Notes: generated by a model not told the origin, from the letters alone. Shown: positions 43,788 through 55,291, counted from the stretch's first letter. The stretch: DNA of 64,000 nucleotides from an uncultured bacterium (GCA_964606385.1 CAZSFZ010000009.1:5762-69761); one strand, 5' to 3'. Program-made: numbers and translations.

Positions 43788-44978
43788 ATGCGCCAACGTA
43801 AAGGCTGTTTGGCCGGTTATCAAAGCCCACTGATTGACTTACCCCCAGTAGAAATCGTGAAAAAAGCGATACTAGCGCTCGAGGATGGTGTGTGGTTCGA
43901 AGGCGAAGGTTTTGGCGCCGACGGTGAAGCATTCGGGGAAGTCGTCTTCAATACGGGGTTGAGCGGGTACCAGGAGATCTTGACCGATCCTTCCTACAAA
44001 GGCCAGATGGTCTGCATGACCTACCCTCATATCGGCAATTACGGCATTAACGCCGCGGATGTCGAATCTTCCAGGCCCTGGGTCGAAGGATTTATCGTCA
44101 AAGAGGTCAGCCCGATCGTGAGCAATTACCGCTCCGAGATGACGCTCGACCAATACCTCAAACAATATAATATCCTCGGCATCCAGGGGATCGATACCCG
44201 CAAACTTGTGAAGCACCTCCGGACCGTGGGCGCGAAGAAAGCCGTCATTTCCACGCTGGAACAGGATCCCCAAAAACTTGTCCAAAAGGCCAAAAGGTCC
44301 CCGAGCATTGTCGGCGTGGACCTCGTCAAGGAAGTGACCTGCCCGAAGCCGTACGTTTTCGAAGAAACGATGCCGTCGGAGTTCGCGTGGGGCGCCGCCC
44401 AGAAAAGAAGGTTCAAGGTCGTCGCGGTGGATAGCGGTGTCAAATACAACATCCTGCGCAAGCTCAACCAGCACGGTTTCAACGTCCAGGTCGTTCCGGC
44501 CAGCGCGACCGCGGAAGAGATCCTGGCCTATAAACCGGACGGCGTTTTCCTCGCGAACGGTCCCGGCGATCCCGCGGCGGTGCAGTACCTTGTCACCGCG
44601 GTCCGCAAACTGATCGGCAAAGTCCCGATGTTCGGGATCTGTCTCGGTCACCAGATGATCGGACAGGCCCTTGGCGGCAAGACCTCCAAACTCAAGTTCG
44701 GCCACCACGGCAACAACCATCCGGTGATGGACCTGAAGACGCGAAAGATCGAGATCACCTCGCAGAACCACAACTTTGTCGTGAATATCGACACGCTTCC
44801 GAAAGGGGATGTCGAGATCACGCATGTCAATTTGAACGATAAAACGCTCGAAGGCCTGCAGCACAAGAAACACCCGCTTTTCAGCGTCCAGTACCACCCG
44901 GAAAACGCTCCCGGGCCGCATGACAGTGATTATCTTTTTACCCGTTTTTATGAACTGATCAGTCAACACGTAAGTTAA
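43788..44978 (+). CDS. carA: Carbamoyl-phosphate synthase small (glutaminase) subunit
   Basis: 'GICLGHQ' GATase motif. 396 aa from the ATG at 43788. Confidence 0.85.
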   Translation: MRQRKGCLAGYQSPLIDLPPVEIVKKAILALEDGVWFEGEGFGADGEAFGEVVFNTGLSGYQEILTDPSYKGQMVCMTYPHIGNYGINAADVESSRPWVEGFIVKEVSPIVSNYRSEMTLDQYLKQYNILGIQGIDTRKLVKHLRTVGAKKAVISTLEQDPQKLVQKAKRSPSIVGVDLVKEVTCPKPYVFEETMPSEFAWGAAQKRRFKVVAVDSGVKYNILRKLNQHGFNVQVVPASATAEEILAYKPDGVFLANGPGDPAAVQYLVTAVRKLIGKVPMFGICLGHQMIGQALGGKTSKLKFGHHGNNHPVMDLKTRKIEITSQNHNFVVNIDTLPKGDVEITHVNLNDKTLEGLQHKKHPLFSVQYHPENAPGPHDSDYLFTRFYELISQHVS

Positions 44979-44997
44979 ACAAGGGGACGTGTGATCT

Positions 44998-47900
44998 ATG
45001 CCAAAACGCAACGACATTAATAAGATCCTGATCATCGGATCGGGGCCGATCATTATCGGCCAGGCCTGCGAGTTCGATTATTCCGGGACCCAGGCTTGTA
45101 AAGCGCTCCGCAAAGAAGGGTACGAGATCGTGCTCGTCAATTCCAATCCCGCGACGATCATGACGGATCCGGAAATGGCGGACCAGACCTATATCGAACC
45201 ATTGACCCTGGAGAGCCTTGAGAAGATCATTGCCAAGGAACGGCCGGACGCGCTTCTTCCCAATCTGGGCGGTCAGACGGGGCTCAATCTCTCTTCTGCG
45301 CTTTATAAAAACGGCATTCTCGAAAAATACGGCGTTCAGATCATCGGGGTGAAGGCGGACGCCATCGAACGGGGTGAGGACCGTGAGGTTTTCAAGGCCA
45401 CCATGGCCCAGCTCGGGATCCCGGTGCCTCAATCGGCGACGGCCAATACCGTCGAAGAATGCGAAGCGATCGCCCAGAAGATCGGTTACCCGGTCGTGAT
45501 CCGTCCCGCGTATACAATGGGCGGAACGGGCGGCGGGATCGCCTATAACGTGGAAGACCTGCGGGTGATCGCGCTCCGGGGGCTTACGGTGAGTATTGCC
45601 CGCCAGGTGCTGATCGAAGAAGCAGTGATCGGATGGGAAGAGCTGGAACTCGAGGTCGTCCGCGACGCGAAGAACCAGAAGATCACGGTATGTTTTATCG
45701 AGAACGTGGACGCGATGGGCGTGCACACCGGGGACAGTTTTTGCGTGGCGCCGATGCTCACGGTCGCGCCCGAGCTCCAGAAAAAGCTCCAGGAATATTC
45801 TTATAAGATCGTCGACGCGATCGGTGTGGTCGGAGGCACGAACATCCAGTTCGCGCACAATAAAAAAGACGGCCGCGTGGTGGTGATCGAGATCAATCCG
45901 CGCACGTCCCGTTCGTCCGCGCTCGCTTCGAAAGCGACGGGGTTTCCGATCGCGATGGTGTCAACGCGTCTTGCGGCCGGTCTCACGATGGATGAGATCC
46001 CTTACTGGCGGGATGGGTCGCTTGAGAAATACACGCCGAGCGGGGAGTACGTGGTCGTGAAATTCGCCCGTTGGGCGTTTGAAAAGTTCCCCAAGGCCCA
46101 GGATGTTTTGGGAACGCAGATGAAAGCTGTCGGCGAGGTCATGTCCATCGGCAAGAATTTCAAGGAGGCTTTTCAGAAGGCCATCCGGTCTCTCGAGATC
46201 GGCCGCTACGGCCTCGGTGGGGCCAAAGATTTCAAGCAGCTGACCGTCGAACAGCTCCGGGGTCGCCTGGCGCATGCTTCCAGCGAACGGATCTTCCTCA
46301 TGTATGAAGCCCTTCGGAAGGGTTTCTCCGTCGAAGAGCTTTACCGCATGACCCACATCGGGCTGTGGTTCATCCAGGAAATGAAGGACCTCGTGACGTT
46401 CGAGGAAGAGATTATCCAGAATCCTTGGGACAAATTCACGGACAAGGACCTCGTGAAGGCCAAGGAATGGGGTTTTTCGGACCGGTACCTTGCGGGGCTT
46501 TTCGGGGTTTCGGAGACGGCGGTGCGTGAACGCCGCATCCGCCTCGGCAAGATCGCCCGGTATGAGGCCGTTCCTGTGAGCGGCGTGGAAAACGCGGCGT
46601 ATTATTACTCCACCTATCACGTGGGTAAGGAAGATGTGGCGGTTTCCAGGAATAAAAAGATCCTGATCCTGGGCGGCGGGCCGAACCGGATCGGGCAGGG
46701 GATTGAATTCGATTACACCTGCGTGCACGCGGTGATGGCGCTCCGCGCGGCCGGTTATGAATCGATCATGATCAACTGTAACCCCGAAACGGTATCGACC
46801 GACTACGATACGGCGAACAAGCTTTATTTTGAGCCCCTGACGGTGGAGGACGTTCTGACGATCTATGAAAAAGAAAAACCGGACGGCGTGATCGTCCAGT
46901 TCGGCGGACAAACGCCTCTCAATATCGCCAGGCAGCTTAAAGACGCGGGTGTGAAGATCCTGGGGACCACCCCGGAAAGCATCGCGTTCGCGGAAGACCG
47001 CGAACTTTTCCGCGAAAAAATGATCGAGCTCGGCATCCCGCAGCCCGAAAGCGGCATCGCGCGTTCGTTGGAAGAGGCGCTTGGGATCGCGGAGCGGATC
47101 GGCTATCCCCTCATGGTCCGTCCTTCTTTCGTGCTCGGCGGCCGCGGCATGGAGATCATTTACGATGAGGCCATGCTGAGAAAATACGCGGTGGAAGCCA
47201 TCAAGGTGAGCCCGGAGCATCCGATGCTGATCGACCGGTTCCTGGATAAGGCGCTTGAATGCGAAGTGGACGCCCTTTCCGACGGGACCGACGCTTTTGT
47301 CACGACGGTCATGGAACACATTGAATGGGCCGGGGTGCATTCGGGGGATTCGGCCTGCTCCATCCCGAGCCGGACGATCTCCAAAGAGCATCTGAAGCAG
47401 ATCGAGGACTACACGGCCAAGATCGCCAAGGCGCTCAGCGTCGTGGGCCTCATCAATGTCCAATACGCGATCTGCGACGGTAAGGTCTATATCCTGGAAG
47501 CGAACCCCCGCGCCTCGCGCACGGTGCCGATCGTTTCCAAAGTGACGGGAGTTCCGATCGCGCGCATCGCGACCGAAATGATGCTCGGCAAAAAGATCGG
47601 TGATTTCCCGCAGCTCAAGAATGTCAAAGCGCGGTTTTTCGGCGTGAAAGAAGCCGTGTTCCCCTTCAACATGTTCCCCGAAGTCGATCCGATCCTGGGT
47701 CCCGAAATGCGGGCGACGGGAGAAGTGATGGGGGTGGGGGATAATTTCGGCGCGGCGTTCTACAAGGCGCAGGAAGCCACGGGCGCGAAGCTTCCGCTGG
47801 AAGGGAATGCTCTTTTAACGGTGGCGGGTAAGGACAAGGAGATGCTGCCGCCTATCGCGAAAAAACTGATCTCGCTCGGTTTCAAGATCTTCGCGACGGA

Positions 47901-48219
47901 GAAGACCAGCGCGTTCCTGACGGCGCAAAAGATCGAGAACACCTTCATTAAAAAGATCCATGAAGGGCAGCCGAATATCGCGGACGCGATCAAGAACGGC
48001 GAACTGCAGCTGATCATCAACACGCCGGAAGGACGCGGCAGCCAGGTGGACGACAGCTACATCCGCATGATGGCGATCCAGCGCAAGCTGCCGTACGTGA
48101 CCTCCATCGCGGCGGCGGAAGCGACCGTGGAAGGCATCACCGCGGCGAAAAAAGACAAGATCACGCCCAAATCCCTTCAGGATTATTACGGCGTCAAGAA
48201 ACAGATGGTGGCGGTTTAA
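44998..48219 (+). CDS. carB: Carbamoyl-phosphate synthase large subunit, copy 1
   Basis: Two ATP-grasp halves ('[21 protein letters not shown]' / '[24 protein letters not shown]') plus MGS-like C-terminus. 1073 aa. Confidence 0.9.
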   Translation: MPKRNDINKILIIGSGPIIIGQACEFDYSGTQACKALRKEGYEIVLVNSNPATIMTDPEMADQTYIEPLTLESLEKIIAKERPDALLPNLGGQTGLNLSSALYKNGILEKYGVQIIGVKADAIERGEDREVFKATMAQLGIPVPQSATANTVEECEAIAQKIGYPVVIRPAYTMGGTGGGIAYNVEDLRVIALRGLTVSIARQVLIEEAVIGWEELELEVVRDAKNQKITVCFIENVDAMGVHTGDSFCVAPMLTVAPELQKKLQEYSYKIVDAIGVVGGTNIQFAHNKKDGRVVVIEINPRTSRSSALASKATGFPIAMVSTRLAAGLTMDEIPYWRDGSLEKYTPSGEYVVVKFARWAFEKFPKAQDVLGTQMKAVGEVMSIGKNFKEAFQKAIRSLEIGRYGLGGAKDFKQLTVEQLRGRLAHASSERIFLMYEALRKGFSVEELYRMTHIGLWFIQEMKDLVTFEEEIIQNPWDKFTDKDLVKAKEWGFSDRYLAGLFGVSETAVRERRIRLGKIARYEAVPVSGVENAAYYYSTYHVGKEDVAVSRNKKILILGGGPNRIGQGIEFDYTCVHAVMALRAAGYESIMINCNPETVSTDYDTANKLYFEPLTVEDVLTIYEKEKPDGVIVQFGGQTPLNIARQLKDAGVKILGTTPESIAFAEDRELFREKMIELGIPQPESGIARSLEEALGIAERIGYPLMVRPSFVLGGRGMEIIYDEAMLRKYAVEAIKVSPEHPMLIDRFLDKALECEVDALSDGTDAFVTTVMEHIEWAGVHSGDSACSIPSRTISKEHLKQIEDYTAKIAKALSVVGLINVQYAICDGKVYILEANPRASRTVPIVSKVTGVPIARIATEMMLGKKIGDFPQLKNVKARFFGVKEAVFPFNMFPEVDPILGPEMRATGEVMGVGDNFGAAFYKAQEATGAKLPLEGNALLTVAGKDKEMLPPIAKKLISLGFKIFATEKTSAFLTAQKIENTFIKKIHEGQPNIADAIKNGELQLIINTPEGRGSQVDDSYIRMMAIQRKLPYVTSIAAAEATVEGITAAKKDKITPKSLQDYYGVKKQMVAV

Positions 48220-48252
48220 AAGTTTTTAAAGCGGCAGAAGGCAAACACTCAA

Positions 48253-51200
48253 ATGGCGAAACGAACGGACATCAAGAAGATCCTTATCATCGGTTCCGGC
48301 CCGATCATCATCGGTCAGGCCTGCGAATTCGATTATTCCGGCGCCCAGGCTGTGAAAGCCCTGAAAGAGGAGGGCTATAAGGTCGTCCTGATCAATTCCA
48401 ACCCCGCGACGATCATGACCGATCCGGAGCTCGCGGACGCGACCTATATCGAGCCGCTGACCGTGGAATTCCTCGAGAAGGTCATCATGAAGGAAAAGCC
48501 CGACGCGGTCCTGCCGACCATGGGTGGACAAACGGGGCTGAACCTCGCGGTCGAGGCCTTTGAGGCAGGTGTGTTCAAACGTCATAACGTTGAGATGATC
48601 GGCGCGAAATACGAAGCGATCAAAAAAGCCGAGAACCGGGAAGAATTCAAGCGCGCGATGCAGAAGATCGGCCTGGACCTTCCCAAAAGCGATTTCGCGT
48701 ATTCGCTGGAGGAGGCCGAAAAGGTCGCCGAAAAGATCGGTTATCCGGTGATCGTCCGCGCGAGTTTCACGCTCGGCGGTTCCGGAAGCGGTGTTTGCCA
48801 TAATGTCGAGGAGCTCCGGGCTACGGCCCGTACAGGACTCGACTACAGCCGGGTCCACGAGATCCTGATCGAGGAATCGATCGTCGGGTGGAAGGAATAC
48901 GAGCTCGAGGTCATGCGGGACAAGAATGATAATTTCGTTGTGATCTGCTCGATCGAGAACCTGGACCCGATGGGGATCCATACGGGTGATTCCATTACCG
49001 TGGCGCCCGCACAGACCCTGACGGACCGGGAATACCAGCGGATGCGCGACGCCGCCCGCAAGGTTATGTCCGAGATCGGGATCGAGACCGGCGGTTCGAA
49101 CGTCCAGTTCGCGGTCGATCCCAAAAACGGGCGCATGGTCATCATTGAAATGAACCCGCGCGTTTCCCGGTCTTCGGCCCTGGCATCCAAAGCCACGGGA
49201 TTTCCCATCGCGAAATTCGCGGCCAAACTCGCGGTCGGCCTCACGCTTGATGAGATCCCGAACGATATCACGAAGTACACGCCCGCCTCCTTCGAACCCT
49301 CGATCGACTATTGCGTGGTCAAGATCCCGCGTTTTGCTTTTGAGAAATTCGAAGGGGTGGATGACCGTCTGACCACCCAGATGAAATCCGTGGGGGAGGT
49401 GATGTCGATCGGCCGCACTTTTAAGGAATCTTTCCAGAAAGGCCTGCGTTCGCTCGAGACCAAGCGGTTCGGTTTCGGCGGGGACGGCAAAGATAAGGTT
49501 TTCGACCTTGAGCTTAAGACTCGCGCGGCGTACGTGAAATTCCTGCATCAGGCCCCGAATGATGGGGAGCTCCGCAAAAAGATCTTCGAACATGTCAAGA
49601 TCCCGCGCGACGGACGGGTCTTCTATCTGAAATACGCGTTCCTCGCGGGGTTCACCCTGGAGGAGATCTACAAACAGACAGGCGTTGATCCCTGGTTTCT
49701 CGCCCAGCTCAAGCAGATCATCGATCTCGAAAAAGAGCTTCTGGACGCGCGGGGGGACGAAAAGGAGCGGAAGTCCCTGCTCCGCAAGGCCAAGCAGTAC
49801 GGATTTTCGGATGTCCAGCTCGCCTTCTTCTGGGGCATGCGACAGCCCGAGGTAAGAAAGCTCCGGAAAAAAATCGGGATCAAACCGGTTTACAAACTGG
49901 TGGATACCTGCGCCGCCGAATTCAAGGCCTATACCCCTTATTTTTATTCGACCTATGAGGATGAAGACGAAGCGAACCCCAGCCGCAAAAAGAAGGTCAT
50001 GATCCTGGGCGGCGGGCCGAACCGGATCGGACAGGGGATCGAGTTCGATTACTGCTGCGTGCACGCGGTGTTCGCGCTCAAAAAAATGGGTTATGAGACC
50101 ATCATGGTCAACTCGAACCCCGAAACGGTCTCAACCGATTACGACACGTCCGACAAGCTTTTCTTCGAGCCGCTCACGCTGGAAGACGTGCTCAATATCT
50201 ATGAGAATGAAAAACCGGTCGGAGTGATCCTGCAGTTGGGCGGGCAGACCCCTCTTAACCTTGCGAAATCCCTTCTGGCGAACGGCGTCAGGATCCTCGG
50301 CACTTCTGTGGACGCGATCGATCGCGCGGAAGACCGGGACCGGTTCAAGAAGCTCCTTAAAAAGATCGGTCTCCGTCAGCCCGCGAATGGGATCGCGACC
50401 AGCCTCGAAGAAGCCCAGCAGATCGCTAAAGAGATCGGCTATCCCGTGGTGATCCGGCCGTCCTACGTGCTCGGCGGGCGCGCGATGGAGATCGTCTATG
50501 ACCAGACCTCGCTCAAGAAATACATGAAGACCGCTGTCGAGGCGAGCGATGACCAGCCTATTCTGATCGATAAATTCCTTGAGGATGCGACCGAAATGGA
50601 CGTGGACCTTATTTCGGACGGGAAGACAGCCGTTGTGGGCTCGGTGATGGAACATATTGAAGAGGCCGGCATCCATTCGGGCGACAGCGCGTCCGTGATC
50701 CCTCCCTTTTCTGTTTCTCGTGAGATCGTCGAAGAGATCGTCCAAAAGACCAAACAGATCGCCAAGGAACTGCATGTCGTGGGCCTCATGAACGTCCAGT
50801 ACGCGATCCAGAAGGACCAGGTCTATTGCCTGGAGGTGAATCCGCGCGCTTCCCGGACCGTGCCTTTCGTGAGCAAAACGATCGGGGTGCCGCTCGCGAA
50901 GCTCGCGGCCCAGCTCATGGTCGGGAAAACCTTAAAAGATCTCAAATTCACCGAAGAGATCATCCCGAAACACGTCGCGGTGAAAGAATCCGTGTTCCCG
51001 TTCGTGAAATTTCCGGGCGTGGACATCATCCTGTCCCCCGAAATGAAATCCACCGGGGAAGTGATGGGGATCGATAAGGATTTCGGGAAGGCTTTCTATA
51101 AATCGCAGGATGCGGCGATGTCCCATATCCCGCGCAAAGGCACGGTTTTTATCAGCGTCAAGGATACCGACAAACCGAAGATCGCCGAGGTCGCGAGGGA

Positions 51201-51543
51201 TTTCCACCGGCTTGGTTTCAAGGTCGTTTCGACCAAAGGCACCGCGCAGGTCCTGAGGGATTACCGGGTTCCCGTCCAGGAGATCCTGAAGATCACCGAG
51301 GGAAGCCCCCACATCGGGGACTGGGTCAAAACCAAGAAGATGGATCTCATTATCAACACGCCGAGCGGCAAGGGCCCCATGCTGGACGAGGGCAAGATCC
51401 GTTCACTCGCGGTCTCTTTCAATATTCCCTGCATCACGACCTTGAGCGCCGCGCGCGCCGCGATCCGGGGACTTCAGGCTGTCAAGGACGATGACCTGGA
51501 TGTGCGGTCGATCCAGGATTATCAGGGGATGAATAGCAAATAA
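48253..51543 (+). CDS. carB: Carbamoyl-phosphate synthase large subunit, copy 2 (diverged paralog)
   Basis: Full length, 1096 aa. Both ATP-grasp halves and the MGS domain are intact. Roughly 60% identity to copy 1 by eye. Confidence 0.9.
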   Translation: MAKRTDIKKILIIGSGPIIIGQACEFDYSGAQAVKALKEEGYKVVLINSNPATIMTDPELADATYIEPLTVEFLEKVIMKEKPDAVLPTMGGQTGLNLAVEAFEAGVFKRHNVEMIGAKYEAIKKAENREEFKRAMQKIGLDLPKSDFAYSLEEAEKVAEKIGYPVIVRASFTLGGSGSGVCHNVEELRATARTGLDYSRVHEILIEESIVGWKEYELEVMRDKNDNFVVICSIENLDPMGIHTGDSITVAPAQTLTDREYQRMRDAARKVMSEIGIETGGSNVQFAVDPKNGRMVIIEMNPRVSRSSALASKATGFPIAKFAAKLAVGLTLDEIPNDITKYTPASFEPSIDYCVVKIPRFAFEKFEGVDDRLTTQMKSVGEVMSIGRTFKESFQKGLRSLETKRFGFGGDGKDKVFDLELKTRAAYVKFLHQAPNDGELRKKIFEHVKIPRDGRVFYLKYAFLAGFTLEEIYKQTGVDPWFLAQLKQIIDLEKELLDARGDEKERKSLLRKAKQYGFSDVQLAFFWGMRQPEVRKLRKKIGIKPVYKLVDTCAAEFKAYTPYFYSTYEDEDEANPSRKKKVMILGGGPNRIGQGIEFDYCCVHAVFALKKMGYETIMVNSNPETVSTDYDTSDKLFFEPLTLEDVLNIYENEKPVGVILQLGGQTPLNLAKSLLANGVRILGTSVDAIDRAEDRDRFKKLLKKIGLRQPANGIATSLEEAQQIAKEIGYPVVIRPSYVLGGRAMEIVYDQTSLKKYMKTAVEASDDQPILIDKFLEDATEMDVDLISDGKTAVVGSVMEHIEEAGIHSGDSASVIPPFSVSREIVEEIVQKTKQIAKELHVVGLMNVQYAIQKDQVYCLEVNPRASRTVPFVSKTIGVPLAKLAAQLMVGKTLKDLKFTEEIIPKHVAVKESVFPFVKFPGVDIILSPEMKSTGEVMGIDKDFGKAFYKSQDAAMSHIPRKGTVFISVKDTDKPKIAEVARDFHRLGFKVVSTKGTAQVLRDYRVPVQEILKITEGSPHIGDWVKTKKMDLIINTPSGKGPMLDEGKIRSLAVSFNIPCITTLSAARAAIRGLQAVKDDDLDVRSIQDYQGMNSK

Positions 51544-51579
51544 TTTGCTGCGGTTGTATCAACATAAAAGGAAAGTACT

Positions 51580-54156
51580 TTGATCAGTTCAGGAGTGAGA
51601 GGTCTCGATAAGGTCACGACGGGGCTCCGCCTCGGCGATAACGTCGTCTGGCAGGTCGATGCCATCCATCATTACGTGGAATTCGTCACGCCTTTCGTGC
51701 AAAAAGCCCTCGAAGAAAAACGCCGGCTTGTCTACATCCGCTTCGCCAATCACGAACCTCTTCTTAAAGAGAATCCCAATATCAAGGTCTACAAGCTCGA
51801 CCCGCATATCGGATTCGAACCTTTTTCCGCGGAGATCCACAGCATCGCGAAAAAAGAAGGCGAAGGCGTTTTTTATGTGTTCGACTGCCTCTCCGACCTT
51901 CTCTCGGCCTGGGCCAATGACCTCATGATCGGGAATTTCTTCAAGATCACCTGCCCGTACCTTTATGAACTCAACACGATCGCCTATTTCGCGCTCTTGC
52001 GGAGCCGGCATTCGTTCAAGACCGTCGCGCGCATCCGCGACACGACCCAGCTTTTGATCGATCTCTATTACTATCACGGCGATTGTTACGTCCATTTCCT
52101 CAAGGTCTGGAACCGGTATTCCCCGACGATGTTCCTGCCGCATGTCCGTCAGAAGGACAAATTCGTTCCCATCGCCAACAGCGCCGACACGGCGAAGGTT
52201 TTTTCGGAGATCTTCAAGAAAGGCGCCAAGAGCGCCAAACGAAACCTGGATTACTGGGACCAGCTTTTCATGAAGGCCGAAGACCTGGCGGGGCAGAAGA
52301 AGGCCTCCCGCGAGGTTAAGGAACAGATGATGGACCAGCTATGCCGGATTGTCCTGGCCCGCGATGAAAAAATGCTGGGGTTGGCCAAGGCAAACCTTGA
52401 GCTGGATGACCTGCTCACGATCAAATCAAGGATGATCGGGACCGGGTTCATCGGCGGCAAATCGGTCGGGATGCTGATCGCCCGGAGCATTTTATCAAAG
52501 GAGAAATCCCTCGAGGCCGAAAAACTTTTTGAACCGCACGATTCCTTTTATATCGGGTCTGATGTTTTTTACACGTATATCGTGGAGAACGGCCTGTGGA
52601 AAGACCATATGGCCCAGCGGACCCCTGAAGGTTATTTTGATGTCGCCGGAAAACTCCACGATGAGCTGGCGCGCGGCGTGTTCCCGGAAGAGATCAAGGA
52701 CCAGTTCCAGCAGATGATCGAATATTTCGGGCAATCGCCGATCATCGTCCGTTCGAGCAGCCTTCTCGAGGATAGTTACGGGAACGCGTTCGCGGGAAAG
52801 TATGAAAGTGTTTTTCTTGTGAATCAGGGCACGCCCGACGAGCGGTTCGTGAAGTTCGTTGAGGCGGTGAGAAGGATCTACGCGTCTACCATGAACCCGG
52901 ATGCCCTGGCCTACCGCCGGCAGCGCGGCCTCGACCAGATGGACGAGCAGATGGCGCTTCTGGTGCAGCGCGTTTCGGGCGCCTATCACCAGGATTATTT
53001 TTTTCCGGACGCGGCCGGCGTCGGGATCTCGCAGAATGTTTTCGTCTGGAAAAATGGTTTGGACCCCAAGGCGGGCATGTTGCGCCTTGTGTTGGGGCTT
53101 GGCACCCGCGCGGTGAACCGCGTGGAAGGGGATTACCCGCGTGTTGTGGCGCTGGATGAACCGCTTCTCAAGGCTTACGCCGGGATGGCGGCGACCCAGC
53201 GGTTCTCCCAGCATGAAGTCGACGTGCTCAACATCAAAGAAAACGCGCTGCAGACGGTCTCTTTCAGGAAGCTGCTGAAGGAAAAAATGGAAATGCCGCT
53301 GGAGCTTTTGGCGATCAAGGACCATGAGGTCGCGGAAAAGTTAAAAGAAATGGGTTCGGAGGAGGAACCCTGGATCATCACGTTCGACGAGCTTCTCTCA
53401 AAGACGGAATTTTCCGGGATCATGCAGAAGATCCTGAAATCGCTGGAAACGGCCTACGGGTATCCCGTGGATATCGAGTTCACGGTGAATTTCAAGAAGA
53501 ACGGCGCTTTCCAGGTGAACCTGCTCCAGTGCCGTCCGATGCAGACCAAGGGCCTGGGCCATCGCGTGAAGATCCCTAAAACGATCGCGAAGGACAAGAT
53601 CCTTTTCCAGGCGAAAGGGAATTTTCTGGGCGGGAACATCCTGCAGGCGATCGACAAGATCATCTACGTGGATCCCCAAGCCTATTGCGCGCTCGAGACG
53701 CAATCCGACCGGTATGATGTCGCGCGCGCGGTGGGAGAGCTCAACCGCATGATCGGAAGCCGGGACCGCATGGCCGTGATGCTCCTCGGGCCCGGCCGGT
53801 GGGGGACGACGACCCCGTCGCTTGGGGTGCCGGTTTCATTCGCCGAGATCAACCATATCACTATCCTGGGGGAGATCGCGTTTGTGTCGGAGAATGCGTC
53901 CCCCGAGATCTCTTTCGGGACGCACTTTTTCCAGGACCTCGTGGAGACGGGGATCTTTTACGTGGCGCTTTTCCCCGATGACGCCGGGACTTTCATGAAT
54001 CAGAAATTTTTTGACGCGGCCCCCAAAACGCTCCGGAAACTCGCGCCGGAATACAAGAAGTACAAGCACGTGATCAAGGTCTGCGACGTCAAAAAAGAGC
54101 ATCTCAAGATCGCGGCGGACATCCTCTCCCAAAAAGTCGTCTGTTACTTCGAATAA
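51580..54156 (+). CDS. Multidomain protein: degenerate RecA/KaiC-like N-terminus fused to a PEP-utilising (PPDK_N ATP-grasp) domain
   Basis: N-terminus 'SGVRGLDKVTTGLRLGDNVVWQVD' resembles the KaiC/RadA GLD..GG..G lead-in but has no Walker A. The C-terminal half has 'GGKSVGM', 'IIVRSSSLLEDSYGNAFAGKYESVFLVN', 'MALLVQRVSG', 'VDIEFTVN...LLQCRPM', all typical of PEP synthase/PPDK N domains. Confidence 0.65.
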   Translation: MISSGVRGLDKVTTGLRLGDNVVWQVDAIHHYVEFVTPFVQKALEEKRRLVYIRFANHEPLLKENPNIKVYKLDPHIGFEPFSAEIHSIAKKEGEGVFYVFDCLSDLLSAWANDLMIGNFFKITCPYLYELNTIAYFALLRSRHSFKTVARIRDTTQLLIDLYYYHGDCYVHFLKVWNRYSPTMFLPHVRQKDKFVPIANSADTAKVFSEIFKKGAKSAKRNLDYWDQLFMKAEDLAGQKKASREVKEQMMDQLCRIVLARDEKMLGLAKANLELDDLLTIKSRMIGTGFIGGKSVGMLIARSILSKEKSLEAEKLFEPHDSFYIGSDVFYTYIVENGLWKDHMAQRTPEGYFDVAGKLHDELARGVFPEEIKDQFQQMIEYFGQSPIIVRSSSLLEDSYGNAFAGKYESVFLVNQGTPDERFVKFVEAVRRIYASTMNPDALAYRRQRGLDQMDEQMALLVQRVSGAYHQDYFFPDAAGVGISQNVFVWKNGLDPKAGMLRLVLGLGTRAVNRVEGDYPRVVALDEPLLKAYAGMAATQRFSQHEVDVLNIKENALQTVSFRKLLKEKMEMPLELLAIKDHEVAEKLKEMGSEEEPWIITFDELLSKTEFSGIMQKILKSLETAYGYPVDIEFTVNFKKNGAFQVNLLQCRPMQTKGLGHRVKIPKTIAKDKILFQAKGNFLGGNILQAIDKIIYVDPQAYCALETQSDRYDVARAVGELNRMIGSRDRMAVMLLGPGRWGTTTPSLGVPVSFAEINHITILGEIAFVSENASPEISFGTHFFQDLVETGIFYVALFPDDAGTFMNQKFFDAAPKTLRKLAPEYKKYKHVIKVCDVKKEHLKIAADILSQKVVCYFE

Positions 54157-54381
54157 TTCCCTCTCCTCGTTCCGGCCGCTTCTTTCGCCGCGTTCATTTG
54201 CCAATCCGGATCTGGCGTGTTAGTTTTTAAATAAGGGCAAAACCTGAGAGATCAGGTGACGTCCGCCGCATGGCGCGGCGGACCCGCGGAAATGTCCCGC
54301 GGGCAAAACCACAATCCCGAACGCTTGAGCCTGTGAGAATCTTCAAGCGAGGGAAGTTGGGTTGCCGGGAGGTAGGCTCTC

Positions 54382-54867
54382 GTGACGGATGCTGTGAGAA
54401 GGTTTCTTGCCGCTTTCATCTTCATGACCCTGCCGTTCGTGTACGCGCAGCCCGTTTCTTTTTCCCAGGATCTCGCGTTGAGTCCCGGGACCTCTCCGTC
54501 GGCTTTCTCACTGTTTTCAACGGCAGGGGATGTGATGGTTCCCGGGGCCGTTTTTTACGGGACCGCGTCCTGGTACAGCCGGTCCGATCGCGGCGTCAAA
54601 AAGAGAACAGCGAGCGGCGCTGTTTTTGATCACTCGAAAAAGACCTGCGCCGCGTGGGGATTGCCGTTCGGGACCCGGGTCCGGGTGACCAATCTGGAGA
54701 ACGGGCGTTCCGTGATCTGCACCGTGAATGACCGCGGGCCTTCGAAAAAACTCAAACGCCTGGTGGACCTGACTAAAAGCTCTTTCAAGGAGATCGCGAA
54801 CCCCCGGCACGGCCTTATCCGGGTTAGCGTGGTCCCTCTTGAGGCCGACTCAAAAGGATCCCTCTGA
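54382..54867 (+). CDS. rlpA: RlpA-like (DPBB) septal-ring lytic transglycosylase family protein
   Basis: GTG start with GGGAGG RBS. Signal peptide. 'GTASWYS...GVKKRTASGAVFD...AAWGLPFGTRVRVTNLENGRSVICTVNDRGP'. Confidence 0.7.
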   Translation: MTDAVRRFLAAFIFMTLPFVYAQPVSFSQDLALSPGTSPSAFSLFSTAGDVMVPGAVFYGTASWYSRSDRGVKKRTASGAVFDHSKKTCAAWGLPFGTRVRVTNLENGRSVICTVNDRGPSKKLKRLVDLTKSSFKEIANPRHGLIRVSVVPLEADSKGSL

Positions 54868-54913
54868 ATTTGCGCTGGTCATCCCCCGGGTTCGATGCTA
54901 GATTATCCCCGCC

Positions 54914-55291
54914 ATGCAGAGAATCGCTAAGATATTCACCACTTTTTTTGTTTTGTTCGCCTTCGTTTGTCCTTTGATGGCCGGGGAGGTGGCACCGGAA
55001 GCGGACATTCAAAATAACGGGACGTTTATGCGTAAAGCCCAGCGCGGGTTCCTCAATATCGCGCTCTCTCCTTTTGAGATCTCCAACGAACTTGCCAAAG
55101 AGGTCCGGAAAGACACCCTGCCGCCGAGTTGGATCGCCGGAGCGGGCCGCGGCGCTTTCTACATGGTGGGACGTGCTTTGGTGGGCGTGTATGAGCTGGT
55201 GACTTTTCCGATCCCTTATCCCGCGAATTATCAGCCGATCCTTAAGCCCGAATTTCCCTGGGAACTCGCCGAGAATAAACCGAATTTCTAA
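54914..55291 (+). CDS. Small secreted protein, TIGR04073-like (exosortase-system-associated family)
   Basis: Signal peptide. 'RGFLNIALSPFEI...GAGRGAFYMVGRALVGVYELVTFPIPYPANYQPILKPEF' resembles the family's R.GxxN...E....G...G..R..VGVYE.VTFP.P motif (from memory). Confidence 0.4.
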   Translation: MQRIAKIFTTFFVLFAFVCPLMAGEVAPEADIQNNGTFMRKAQRGFLNIALSPFEISNELAKEVRKDTLPPSWIAGAGRGAFYMVGRALVGVYELVTFPIPYPANYQPILKPEFPWELAENKPNF

